Of a DNA stretch of 64,000 nt, positions 28,324 through 37,896 are shown piece by piece. This stretch comes from a bacterium (GTDB taxonomy: Bacteria; Eisenbacteria; RBG-16-71-46), in contig JAYWEM010000104.1 in the NCBI GenBank assembly GCA_043779265.1, forward strand, positions 8 through 64,007. Reading direction: 5' to 3'. Numbering within the stretch: position 1 is the stretch's first letter; every line of letters begins with the position of its first letter. The notes beneath the pieces are model-generated. The model saw only the letters and a program-made list of their open reading frames with translations. It was not told the origin of the DNA and did no database searches. The translations under genes were made by a program, and so were the position numbers.

Positions 28324-29871
28324 CTAGGGCGTTGGCGGCTTGTACATGTCGGTGAATGGCTGGCCCCAGTTCTCGCCATAGACCCGCCACACCAGCGCGA
28401 GTTGCTCGGCCGGCGAGCTCGCGACCAGTCCCTCCACGTAGGCGATGAACACATCGATCGTCTTGCGGCTGAACACGCGCGTCGGCCACGTGAGCTCCTT
28501 GCGCACGCGTTGGTCGTTGACGATGTCGCTCATCTCGTTGTCGACGTACATGGCGTCGCAGTACGGCAGGAAGTGCATGATGACCGAGAGGTCGTTCGTC
28601 GTCCCGCGCCCCAACTTCCTCTTGCGGCCGCCACGCGCGAACTGCCAACCGAGCGCAGCGCAGACGAGCGATTCGATGTGTACGAAGGGGACACCGGAGT
28701 GGTCTGCCTTCCTGAAGTAGTCGAGTGCGCGCCCCATTGCCGCTCGGAGTTCAAGTCCCTCCTCGTGAAGCGCATAGGCGATCGCGTTCAGGAGCTCCAT
28801 GCAGAGCGGCTCATCCGAGTCCCCGGGGTTGGGGACGACACGACCAGCCATGAGGTCGGGCAGTCGCTCCATTTGGGCGGCGAACTCTTTGAGAATGCCG
28901 CGAGGGAACGCGCGCACCATATCCTCCACGAAGTCATCGAACGAACCGCCGTGTTTGGCCCACTCGTGGCACGCCGTTGTCAGGTTGGTCTCGATCCTGT
29001 CCCGACGGGCACGGACCAGCGCGACGGTCTCAGGGTCCGGGGCGTAAGCCATGCCGATCATCAGGTTGTCGTGCCACCCGTGTACGTCGTCCTCGATGAC
29101 ATCCTGCACTACGAGTTCGGACGGCTTGTAGGGGGCACCGCGGTGCCAGTTGCGCGCGTGCTCCACGACCTGCGCCACCTTTATGTCCCACACCTCGGGG
29201 AAACTAACCTTGCGGGAGAGCTGCTCGTACATCCGTTCGAGGGCCCTAAAGTCTTTCGTGACCATCGACTCCTTTGCGTGGATGCGGGAGTCGGGGCAGA
29301 TCACGACCTGGAGTTTCACGGCGCGGTCTAGTACCTCAAATACGCGCCTCGCGTACCCTGCTCGCTCGGCGCGCGCGGGGTCTGCAGGGTGCAGGGCCTT
29401 CATCATGTCGCTGACCAAGTGCTGGTCGAGGTAGATGACCGCCTTCGTCGGCCGCGGGAGGCGGTAGGTCACGGTGTTCCAGCACTCGCGCCTCCGGCAC
29501 CGACGGGTGTAGTTGTCGCCGTGGATCATGAGCACCCCGAACTCGTCCTGCCCGCACTTCGGGCACGTCTCGAACGGTGGCTGGATGAAGTCAACGGGGT
29601 CGAACCGACGAAACGGCGCGCGGATGCCGGCACGGCATCGCTGGCAATGGAACGCCACTTCGATCTTGCCGGACCTCGGGCCGGGCGCCTCCCCGGTGAC
29701 GAGCGGGCCGGAGCACATCGGGCAGATCAGCGGCTTCTTGGCGAGGAATGCGCCGCTCACGCGCTTGACCTGCTCGGGTGTCCACGGGATGGCGCCTTGT
29801 TCCTGTGTTGAGCGATCCGCCTCGGTCGCGCCCTCGCCCGTGGCCCCGAATCCCTGATCGTGCTCTGTCAT
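28324..29871 (-). CDS. Hypothetical protein with two N-terminal zinc-ribbon motifs and a domain of about 400 aa of unknown function.
   Basis: It has CPMCSG...CQRC and CPKCG...CRRREC motifs. It has no recognisable catalytic motif. It is the first gene inside the island. Confidence 0.55.
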   Translation of the reverse strand: MTEHDQGFGATGEGATEADRSTQEQGAIPWTPEQVKRVSGAFLAKKPLICPMCSGPLVTGEAPGPRSGKIEVAFHCQRCRAGIRAPFRRFDPVDFIQPPFETCPKCGQDEFGVLMIHGDNYTRRCRRRECWNTVTYRLPRPTKAVIYLDQHLVSDMMKALHPADPARAERAGYARRVFEVLDRAVKLQVVICPDSRIHAKESMVTKDFRALERMYEQLSRKVSFPEVWDIKVAQVVEHARNWHRGAPYKPSELVVQDVIEDDVHGWHDNLMIGMAYAPDPETVALVRARRDRIETNLTTACHEWAKHGGSFDDFVEDMVRAFPRGILKEFAAQMERLPDLMAGRVVPNPGDSDEPLCMELLNAIAYALHEEGLELRAAMGRALDYFRKADHSGVPFVHIESLVCAALGWQFARGGRKRKLGRGTTNDLSVIMHFLPYCDAMYVDNEMSDIVNDQRVRKELTWPTRVFSRKTIDVFIAYVEGLVASSPAEQLALVWRVYGENWGQPFTDMYKPPTP

Positions 29872-30211
29872 CGCTTGATTCCTTCGGCGGTACCGCGGCC
29901 GCTCCCTGTTCCGGGCTGCCCAACACGTCTGCGCGTTCGGGCGGTCCGCTGCGCTGAACATCAATGTGCGCATCGCGCGTGGGTTCTTCTATGAACTTGA
30001 ACTGAGTTGCGTCCGTCCCGAGAGCTTCAGTGACCAAGAAGTTCAGTGCCTCGACCGCATCGTGATGTGAGAGAACCGAGGCGCTCACGGCATCGACAGC
30101 CCAGCTCGACCGAGCGAGGCTGGCATCACATTCGACCCGTGCCGGACTTGGCTCCAGGTGTGGCTGGGTGGCTACTGCGGCCGCGCCGCCCTCTGAGCGC
30201 GCCGAGCTACC

Positions 30212-30718
30212 TCACTTGCCTTCCAGTTCAAGCGGCGGCATTGCGAACCGGTTTGCGGTCAGGATTGCCCGAATGCCCGGAATGTCGGCGAGCCCGATTG
30301 CGTTCTGCCGCACGGCCCGAGTGAGCAGGGAAGGCGTCGTGAGCAGGCGCTCGGCGCCCAGCCGCTCAAGCACCAAGCGTCGCACCGGGCCAACCTCGTC
30401 CACAGCCACGCTCCAGCGCCTCGTGAAGGCGACGGCCATCGCGGCCGATTCGCCGTCGCCGAATCGCTTGCGCAGTCTCGCGTACTCGGTCAGTTCCGCC
30501 AGCTCCGTGATCTCGAGCTCGGTGAGGTGCCCGGCTGCCAATGCCGTATCCAGGCGCGCTCGGTGTTCCTGGCGTGCCACCTCCGCGACCACGTGGTTCG
30601 GCACGTGCGCTTCGAAGCCGGTGGCCGCGAAGAGGTCGAGGCGGTCCAGGACCGCCAGGTTCAGCAGAACGCTGGTGTCGGCGACCAGCAGCGCCCGCGT
30701 TTCAGGAACGTGACTCAC
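30212..30718 (-). CDS. PIN-like domain nuclease (putative toxin).
   Basis: It starts MSHVPETRALLVADTSVLLNL with a GTG start. A conserved acidic residue follows the hydrophobic strand. It is 168 aa. Its start overlaps the upstream ImmA gene by 17 nt. Confidence 0.55.
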   Translation of the reverse strand: MSHVPETRALLVADTSVLLNLAVLDRLDLFAATGFEAHVPNHVVAEVARQEHRARLDTALAAGHLTELEITELAELTEYARLRKRFGDGESAAMAVAFTRRWSVAVDEVGPVRRLVLERLGAERLLTTPSLLTRAVRQNAIGLADIPGIRAILTANRFAMPPLELEGK

Positions 30719-31997
30719 GGGCCCGTCCCTTGGGCGAATGCGGAGTCTCCGCGCCGGCTGACTCGACGGCCGCGATAAGAGCCTCGGCCTCGTCGTCGCC
30801 GACAGCTACGAGCCGGCGAAGCTCGTCGAACTTGCGTCTGCTGACTAGCTCGCGGCGGAAGCATTCAAGTGCGAGGTGGATGAATCGATGGCGCGAGTCG
30901 CGCTTCCAACCGGTGGCCGCCCGAGCCTCGGGCGCGTCGGTCTGCGACGCCGCACCACCAAACATCGAGCGCATAACGGCGACCTGCTGCCTCATCTCGG
31001 CCAGCGAGCTCCGCTGTTCATTCGAGAGCAGTCCAAGATTCTGCAGACGGTAAAGAGTCGCGTCGTAGCTCGCGCCAAACGCTCCAGCCAAATGCACCAC
31101 GTCGTAGATCTGAATGGACTCGCCGCGGGTGCGCTTCTGGCCGTCCACTGCGTCGGCGCCGTCGAACGCGGCGGTCAGCATGCTTCGGGCGGAGTCACCT
31201 TTGCCGATTGCTCGGAGGGTGGCGCGCACGCCTCCCTCGGGCAGCAGGAAGCTCGCGGCGAACGAGTTGGCGCGCACTTCGAGCAGGTCGTCGCGGTTCG
31301 CCTGGCTGCTCACGAAGCCGCCGCGTCGCCGATCGGCCAAGAGGTGGCAGTACTCGTGTGCGTACGAGAAGCGCTGGCGCTCCGGCACCTCACCGTCTGC
31401 GACGATGGCCGAAAGGCCATGGCCACGATCGGTCAGGAAAAGCCCGGAGACGCCCTCGGGAAGGTCGAGCTCGAACGCCCTGACGCCCTGCGCCTCCAAC
31501 AACTCGACGAAGTCGCGGATCGGCCCGTCGCCGAGATTCAGCCGGCTGCGCTCGCGGTCGGCAAGGTCGTCGCCCTGATTGACCGCGTCCCAACGGTTGT
31601 TGGGGGCGGGCAAATCGTACGACACGGGGGAGATCTGGCCGCGGTCGATCTTCAGCAGGTCTTCGAGGCTGCTGAACTCGGAGCACAGCCGCGCACAGCC
31701 GCGCACAGCCGCCTGGCGCCCCTCGTCGTCCTGCAGTTGTGCGCTGGCGCGGAAGAGTACGGCGAGGGCACGGTCGGGCTCGTAGCCCTCGGGATCGAGG
31801 AGCGCGCTGATGTCCTCGCCAACGAGTTCGGCGATGCGCGACAGCTGGAGAGAGTTCGGGAAGCGGTCGCCGCCCTCAAGCTGGCTTACCGAGGCACGGC
31901 TCAGCCCCAGGGCCCTCGCGATGTCGTCCTGCTTCAACCCAGCTTGCTCACGCGCGACGCGCAGGCGTCGCCCAAGTTCGGCGGATGAGAGCGGCAT
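30702..31997 (-). CDS. XRE-family HTH fused to an ImmA/IrrE-family zinc metallopeptidase.
   Basis: The N-terminal HTH is LKQDDIARALGLSRASVSQLE. The HExxH motif is YAHEYCHLLAD. GGAGGA lies upstream of the ATG at 31995-31997. Confidence 0.7.
   Translation of the reverse strand: MPLSSAELGRRLRVAREQAGLKQDDIARALGLSRASVSQLEGGDRFPNSLQLSRIAELVGEDISALLDPEGYEPDRALAVLFRASAQLQDDEGRQAAVRGCARLCSEFSSLEDLLKIDRGQISPVSYDLPAPNNRWDAVNQGDDLADRERSRLNLGDGPIRDFVELLEAQGVRAFELDLPEGVSGLFLTDRGHGLSAIVADGEVPERQRFSYAHEYCHLLADRRRGGFVSSQANRDDLLEVRANSFAASFLLPEGGVRATLRAIGKGDSARSMLTAAFDGADAVDGQKRTRGESIQIYDVVHLAGAFGASYDATLYRLQNLGLLSNEQRSSLAEMRQQVAVMRSMFGGAASQTDAPEARAATGWKRDSRHRFIHLALECFRRELVSRRKFDELRRLVAVGDDEAEALIAAVESAGAETPHSPKGRARESRS
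31683..31712 (-). repeat. A 10-bp tandem repeat (gcacagccgc) in three perfect copies, inside the ImmA coding sequence.
   Basis: It was read directly from the sequence. It is in-frame as 30 bp and encodes AAVRGCARLC. A fourth degenerate copy lies just upstream. Confidence 0.7.
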
Positions 31998-32200
31998 GGT
32001 TGGATCCTCCTGGGGGCTTGTGTCGGCACTTACTCTACTTGAATAAAGTTCTTCCTTGCAAGTAAGCAACCGAACGGTAGGATGCCAGTGGTCCTTTGGA
32101 GGTTCAAAGCAGATAAGTCGTTGTTGGACAGTCATATGATTGGGTTCTTGTGGGCCGCCAAGGGTCCACCGCGCGCAATGAAGAGGGGAGGGGGGAGTCG

Positions 32201-32650
32201 ATGCCGAGACGAAACGCACATCTTGCCATCGCGGCGGTCTGTGGTGGCGTGGCCGCCTACTTCGTTGCCACGGAGGCCGGATCGTCTGATCCCTTCCCGG
32301 AGATCTTGGGCGGCATCCTAGGCGCGCTCGCCACCGCGATGGTGCCCGACGCCATCGACCCCGCCACGTCGCCGTCGCACCGCGGGAGCGGCCACAGCGT
32401 CGCCTTCGCGGGGCTCGTCTCCTTGGCGATTCAGCCCTGCCGCCGGTTTGCGGCCAGATGCCGGAATGACGCCGAGACATTCCGCAGCCTCGCTGCACAG
32501 GCGGAGGCCCGGCCAGGCGAACAGGCCGACCATCAGTTCAGCGAGCTGGCTTCGAGGTTTGCGGCCGGCGTCGCCGTCGGCCTGCCGGTTGGGCTGTTGT
32601 CGCACCTTGGCGCCGACGCAACCACGCCGCGCGGCCTGACGCTCGTCTAA
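32201..32650 (+). CDS. DUF457-like membrane-bound metal-dependent hydrolase (YdjM-like).
   Basis: It starts MPRRNAHLAIAAVCGG. It has hydrophobic segments and an SHRGSGHS motif. An RBS, GGGAGGGGGGAG, lies upstream. Confidence 0.45.
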   Translation: MPRRNAHLAIAAVCGGVAAYFVATEAGSSDPFPEILGGILGALATAMVPDAIDPATSPSHRGSGHSVAFAGLVSLAIQPCRRFAARCRNDAETFRSLAAQAEARPGEQADHQFSELASRFAAGVAVGLPVGLLSHLGADATTPRGLTLV

Positions 32651-33420
32651 GACGTCGGCGCGCCGCGGCCCACGCGCGGGGTGGGATCGGCGAGCATGCC
32701 CTGGAGCCTGCGGCCGTTCGCGCTGAGCCACTGCTTCGCGCGTTCGGTCTCGGGGCACAGGCTCTGGACGGTCAGCCAGAACTTCGCGGAGTGGTCCGGC
32801 ACCGCCAGGTGGACGGCCTCGTGTACCACGAGGTACCGGAGCACGTGCTCGGGAGCGAGGATGAGGCGCCAGTTGAACGAGAGGTTCCGGCTGGCCGAGC
32901 AGTTGCCCCATTTGGTCCGCTGGCCCATTACGTAGACGCGCTGCGCCCGCTGCCTGAGGCGCGCCGTGACCACGGCGAGCTGGCTCTCGATCTCTGCACG
33001 AGCTTGCCTCCGCAGCCAGTTCTCCAGGCTCCGGGCTGTGGGGGTCTGCGAGCCAGAGCCCCGACGAACGACGATCTCGCCAGCCACAAACCGCACCGCG
33101 TTGCCGCGTGCCTGCGTTGACGCGGTCTCAATCCGCACGCGTGTGGGCTCTCCGCGGAACAGGATCTCGCTCCGGCTACGCTTCTGGGGCCGGCGCACAA
33201 CGCGGAGCCTCTCGATGCGGGCCATCTGGTCGAGGACCCACGTCCGGTGCTGTTCCAGGAAGGCGAAGACCTCAGGTACCGTGCGTGACTGCGGCTGCAC
33301 GACTTCGACGCCGTCGAGCCCGACGCGGACGCGCAGCTTCTTCGCGCTTTTGGACCGCACCAGGCGGAAGTCCAGCCGGCGCCTCCCCAGCCGAATCGTG
33401 TGCTTCGTCGCGGTCCGCAT
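32647..33420 (-). CDS. M48-family zinc metallopeptidase, YgjP/DUF45-like, the kind associated with type I R-M systems.
   Basis: It has the YLVVHEAVHLAVPDHS HExxH motif and is 257 aa. It lies immediately downstream of hsdR. Confidence 0.7.
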   Translation of the reverse strand: MRTATKHTIRLGRRRLDFRLVRSKSAKKLRVRVGLDGVEVVQPQSRTVPEVFAFLEQHRTWVLDQMARIERLRVVRRPQKRSRSEILFRGEPTRVRIETASTQARGNAVRFVAGEIVVRRGSGSQTPTARSLENWLRRQARAEIESQLAVVTARLRQRAQRVYVMGQRTKWGNCSASRNLSFNWRLILAPEHVLRYLVVHEAVHLAVPDHSAKFWLTVQSLCPETERAKQWLSANGRRLQGMLADPTPRVGRGAPTS

Positions 33421-33424
33421 GGCC

Positions 33425-36400
33425 TCAGCTCATCCCGTCAGACTTGGCGAGCTCGGCCACTGCCGGCTTCAGGAACGGCGGGTCTGCAGCGTCTGCGTCG
33501 AAGCCCAGACCTGCATAGGCAGGATTCCACGACTCGGCGAGCAGGGACTGCTCCACGCGCATCCGACCGCCGATAGACACGCTCCAGCCCGGCGCCAACA
33601 GCTTGTTCCCGCGGAGGTGCGCGACCATGCGTCGCGCGCACTCCGCGGCGTAGGCTTCGTCGGCCGCGCTGGCATGCGCCCGCAGGATCGTGAACAGCCC
33701 GTACTCGCCCGGTTCCGTGAGGTTCAGGCGCTCGGGCTCCTGCTTAGTCGCAGCGGCCGCGGCCGCGATCGCCTCGAGCTCGCGAAGTCGCAGAGCAATG
33801 GCCTCATCACCCGCGTCCCGGCGCTCCTTGAGTGCCTGCAGCCGCTCGCCCAGCTGGTGGTAGATGAAGCTCGGATCATCTTCGGACAACTCAACGGTGA
33901 GGAGCGCCTCCAGGGCAGCGGCCTTGTCCGCGGGCGTGGGGAGTTCGTCGAGCTTGCCCACGTAGTCCTTGTCGATCTTGAAGACCGGCAGGGCTTCGGC
34001 GATGTCGAGGAAGGCCGTGTTCTCCTGGATCAGTTGGCGGGTCTTCGCGGACAACTCGCCGTATGTGTCCTTGCTCCCTCGTTGCCGGCGGCGGTGAGCG
34101 ACGTAGATGCCGCACAGCCAGTTGTACTGGAAACGGTGAGGGTAGAGGCAGGGGTCGGGGGCCACGGCTTCCCAGAGCCGTTCCAGGCTGCGGAAGTTGT
34201 GCTCGAAACTCTTGGCGGCCTGTGCATCGCGCAGGCGGCGCAGCGCAGAGAGCAGGCACTCCCGCGTGTCCTCGATCTCGATGCCGTCGAACAGCGCCAT
34301 GCACCGTGCCACCTCGCCCGGCACCGTCGCTCGAAGCGCGTCCCAGTCGATCAGGGATTCCTCGCGCACGCTCTCGTCGAAGTTGAGCGCCTTCTCAAGG
34401 CTGGCAAAGACCCCGAAGTAGTCCACGACGAGGCCAGTCCGCTTGTTCATGGAGGGCAGGGGGCGGTTCGTCCGCGCGATCGCCTGGAGCAGGTTGTGGT
34501 CGCGGAGCGGCTTGTCCAGGTACAGGACCTGTTCGACGGGCGCGTCGAAACCGGTCAGCAGTCGGTCGCAGACGATCAGGATCTTGAGCGGCGGGCGCCA
34601 TCGGCTGCGGTCTTCGCCAAAGCGTTCTCGATTCCAGGTCTCCCACTCGGCCGGCGTGAGCTTGAAGTAGTCGATCAACTCGTCTTGCTTAGCCTTGGCG
34701 TACTCGAAGGCCTCAACCGCGGGTTCGCTGTTCTGTGCCCCGGAGATGATGACGTCGGACCACTCAGCGGGGAGGCCGCGCCCGCGAAGCTTGAGGTCGA
34801 GTGCCGTCTTGTAGAGAGCGCATGCCTTGCGGTCGACGGCGACCAGCTGCGCCTTGAAGCCGTTCGGATCTGGATGCGCTAGAAAGTGGTTCAGCATCCG
34901 CCCCAGCACGATTTCCACGCGCTCGGGGTGGCGGGCCAGTTCCTTCCACTGCGCGCGCTGACGCTGGACGAAGTCCTTGGCTTCCTCGTCCTCGAGTTCC
35001 ATCTCCTCGCACATCTGTTCGAACCCAGTGCTGAGGGCTGCCTCGTCGACCTTGAACGGTACGGCGTCGCGGATGTAGTGAACCTCGAGGGTGGCGCCAT
35101 CCCGGATCGCGCGCCGAATGCCGTAGTAGCTGAGATAGCGCTCCTGGACGCCGTCCCTCAGGGGGCCGAAGTCGCGGTGCGTGTTCTGCATCGTCCGGTC
35201 AATCGGAGTGCCGGTGAAGCCGAAGCGAAACGCGTTCGCGAGCTTGACGCGCATCGTCATCGCGTAGCTCTCAGTGCCGTCGCCCTTCTGGGAGCGGTGG
35301 CACTCGTCGACCATGCTGATGATGTTGTCGCGCGCCAGGGGGGCGAGGTCGCCCATTCCCTGGAACGACTGCACGGTTGTCACGAGAGTCCCTCGCCAAT
35401 CGGCGCGGAGCTTCCGCTTCAGGTCGTCGACTCCAAGCGCCTTCTCGACGTTCGGGTAGTCGCAGGCGTCGAAGTCGTCGGAGAGCTGGGTCTTGAGATC
35501 GCGCCGATCGACCACGATGAGGACCGTGGGGTTATCGAGGGCCGGGTGGCGGCGCAGCTTCTGGCCGGCGAAGATCATGGTGAGCGACTTGCCGGAGCCC
35601 TGCGTGTGCCAGATCAATCCGGTGCGCTCTTGGGAGTCGGCCGGCTTGCCGGCGAGGGTCACGGTGCGATCCACCAGCTCGTTCACCGCTTCGAACTGCT
35701 GGTAGCGCGCGATCTTCTTCGCCGTCTTGCCCTTCTTGGTTTCGAAGACGACGAAGTGCTGCAGGAAGTCCAGCAGGTGCGCCGGCTTCAATCGCAGCAA
35801 GCCGCGAACCGGTGCCTCCAGCGGGTCGTCCGGGTCGGCGGCCTCGGGTTCATTCCAGTAGCCATGGCGATCCGGGTACAGGCTCAGCCAGCGGCCCCAC
35901 GAGTCGAGGTGGCGCTCAATGTCGTCCTTGCTGGCGTCGTGGAAGAGCACGGTGCCGAAGCGGAACTCCTCCTCGTCGGCTGCGACGCAGAACACATTCG
36001 AGGCCAGGATGAGCGGAGCTTGGCGCTGGTAGCGGTGCAGCTGGTGCACAGCCTCGCGCCAGTCCTTGCGGCTCGTGTTGTAGCTCTTGTACTCGGCCAC
36101 AACGAGCGGGATGCCATTCACGAGGAGGACAGTGTCCTCGCGGCACTGCCTCACGCCCTGAACGCGGTACTGGTTCGTTGCGGTGAAGTCGTTCCGGCCC
36201 GGCTTGCTCGGGTCGAACTCGATGAAGAACACCGTCGTCGCGTCCGCGCCCGGCTCCAGTACGACCTTGGCGCCGTCCCGAAGCAGGTCAAGTGTCTGGC
36301 GGTTCGCCGTGAGCTTGTCAGGGTGGGACATCGTCGTGCGAAGCGCTGCGACGGCGAGCCTTGCCTGCACCTCGTCCTTCACCTGCGGATTGATGCGAAG

Positions 36401-36574
36401 GACCGCCGCAACCAGCAGCCGTTCCACCAACGGATTTTCGAGAGGTCGCTCGAACGCAGCCATCGCGTCCTCGCCACGAAAGGTCCACCCCAGGTTGCCA
36501 GCGCCGTACTTCTCCTTCGGCTCACCGCAAAGCCAGCCCAGGATGGGCTGCTCGACATAGCCGTGCTCGCTCAT
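33425..36574 (-). CDS. hsdR: Type I restriction enzyme R subunit.
   Basis: It is 1049 aa. The N-terminal region is a nuclease domain. It has SF2 helicase motifs (GSGKS, DECHRSQ, TGTPI). HsdR-type domains run to the C-terminus. Its start overlaps the hsdS stop. Confidence 0.85.
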   Translation of the reverse strand: MSEHGYVEQPILGWLCGEPKEKYGAGNLGWTFRGEDAMAAFERPLENPLVERLLVAAVLRINPQVKDEVQARLAVAALRTTMSHPDKLTANRQTLDLLRDGAKVVLEPGADATTVFFIEFDPSKPGRNDFTATNQYRVQGVRQCREDTVLLVNGIPLVVAEYKSYNTSRKDWREAVHQLHRYQRQAPLILASNVFCVAADEEEFRFGTVLFHDASKDDIERHLDSWGRWLSLYPDRHGYWNEPEAADPDDPLEAPVRGLLRLKPAHLLDFLQHFVVFETKKGKTAKKIARYQQFEAVNELVDRTVTLAGKPADSQERTGLIWHTQGSGKSLTMIFAGQKLRRHPALDNPTVLIVVDRRDLKTQLSDDFDACDYPNVEKALGVDDLKRKLRADWRGTLVTTVQSFQGMGDLAPLARDNIISMVDECHRSQKGDGTESYAMTMRVKLANAFRFGFTGTPIDRTMQNTHRDFGPLRDGVQERYLSYYGIRRAIRDGATLEVHYIRDAVPFKVDEAALSTGFEQMCEEMELEDEEAKDFVQRQRAQWKELARHPERVEIVLGRMLNHFLAHPDPNGFKAQLVAVDRKACALYKTALDLKLRGRGLPAEWSDVIISGAQNSEPAVEAFEYAKAKQDELIDYFKLTPAEWETWNRERFGEDRSRWRPPLKILIVCDRLLTGFDAPVEQVLYLDKPLRDHNLLQAIARTNRPLPSMNKRTGLVVDYFGVFASLEKALNFDESVREESLIDWDALRATVPGEVARCMALFDGIEIEDTRECLLSALRRLRDAQAAKSFEHNFRSLERLWEAVAPDPCLYPHRFQYNWLCGIYVAHRRRQRGSKDTYGELSAKTRQLIQENTAFLDIAEALPVFKIDKDYVGKLDELPTPADKAAALEALLTVELSEDDPSFIYHQLGERLQALKERRDAGDEAIALRLRELEAIAAAAAATKQEPERLNLTEPGEYGLFTILRAHASAADEAYAAECARRMVAHLRGNKLLAPGWSVSIGGRMRVEQSLLAESWNPAYAGLGFDADAADPPFLKPAVAELAKSDGMS

Positions 36575-37896
36575 GGCAAATTCTCCATGATTACACTTGG
36601 CACACGGACTACGCCGGTGAGGAGGTCGTGCGCGAGGGCACGTTTGAGGTGCTGCAGTGCGCGGCGGACTTCGGACAATGCATCGAGTTGTGCTTCCACT
36701 CCGGCAATACGTGAGACAAGCGCGTCTTGCTCGCTATCGGGAGGCACAGGAATGACGGTCTGATTTACGTCGCGACCATTGATCTTGAGCGTTCCGTTTG
36801 AGGTTTTCGCACGGCGAAGGACCTGGTTGTGCACCAGCGCATGATTCCATGCAAGCACAGCGAAGGCCGCGCTCACCCTTGGACTTCCTTCGGCGCGGAA
36901 TGAGACTCGCATCGTAATGTCGGGGTAGATGCAATCTTCCGGGAATTGGTCGACCATTCCCGCCTTTCCGACCAGGTCGGGATTGGCGTTTCCTCTCACC
37001 ACAAGAACGTCACCGCGGCGAATGCGGTAGCGCTCAATAACTTTCTCGGCCACGCGTACGTACTTGAGGTGCTCGCTTCGATCGAGGGCAACCCGGCCTT
37101 CACGAATTGCAGCAAGGCTGAATGTCGGTGTGCCTGGTGGTTGGGTTGACGACTCGGGGGAAACGCCGTTCTTTGGGTCCTCCGCAAGTAGGTGTTGCGT
37201 CTCAACCAGCGCCCAGCCCGCGGGCAGGGCCTTGCTCGGCCGATTGGCGTACGCGGTTTCGCCAAGTGCCTCGTAGAAGAATCCCTGCAGAATAGCGTTC
37301 TTCAGGGCCTTCGCCGCTTCAATAGCGGCGTCATTTCGGTCGAGCGCTTTGTCGGCGGCATTGAGGATGCCGGCAACAGCGTGCTGCTCGTCAGGGGACG
37401 CAGGGATGGCACACCACACCGTACGAATGTCTCGCTTGCTGACCTCCTCAAATGTGGTCCCTGCGCCGAAGCGTTTGATAATGGGAGTGAGCACGTCGAG
37501 GAGATAGTACAGATAGTCGGCGTCTACCGAGTGAGGAACAAGACTTGCGAAGCCCTGATTCGTGGCCATTGGGATTGCCGCGACGGCCTTTGCCCCGATG
37601 GTTGCCCGGCTCGTGTAGAGAATCGAGCCTGCCGGCAGCAGCTCTGCCGACGACGAGCTGAGACCAGCTTCCGTAATGCACTCGGCAGTGTTGGAAATCC
37701 GCTTTGCTCCGTTCGCAGTCAGGTCGGTCGGCGTGGCCCAAGGGATCGTTCCGCGGTCCCAGAATCGGTGCTCGTCCCGGCTTGGAGTTCCGCCCCCAAC
37801 AACTCGTGCGAGCTCACCCAGAGTGTGCGCGTCCCAGCCGGAGGGAAGCCCGAAGCGCCGCAGGAAGTCGTGTCGAGCGCCAGCGCTAACCCGCAT
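36571..37896 (-). CDS. hsdS: Type I restriction-modification specificity subunit.
   Basis: It is 441 aa with two target-recognition domains separated by conserved coiled-coil regions. It overlaps both hsdM and hsdR. Confidence 0.8.
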   Translation of the reverse strand: MRVSAGARHDFLRRFGLPSGWDAHTLGELARVVGGGTPSRDEHRFWDRGTIPWATPTDLTANGAKRISNTAECITEAGLSSSSAELLPAGSILYTSRATIGAKAVAAIPMATNQGFASLVPHSVDADYLYYLLDVLTPIIKRFGAGTTFEEVSKRDIRTVWCAIPASPDEQHAVAGILNAADKALDRNDAAIEAAKALKNAILQGFFYEALGETAYANRPSKALPAGWALVETQHLLAEDPKNGVSPESSTQPPGTPTFSLAAIREGRVALDRSEHLKYVRVAEKVIERYRIRRGDVLVVRGNANPDLVGKAGMVDQFPEDCIYPDITMRVSFRAEGSPRVSAAFAVLAWNHALVHNQVLRRAKTSNGTLKINGRDVNQTVIPVPPDSEQDALVSRIAGVEAQLDALSEVRRALQHLKRALAHDLLTGVVRVPSVIMENLP

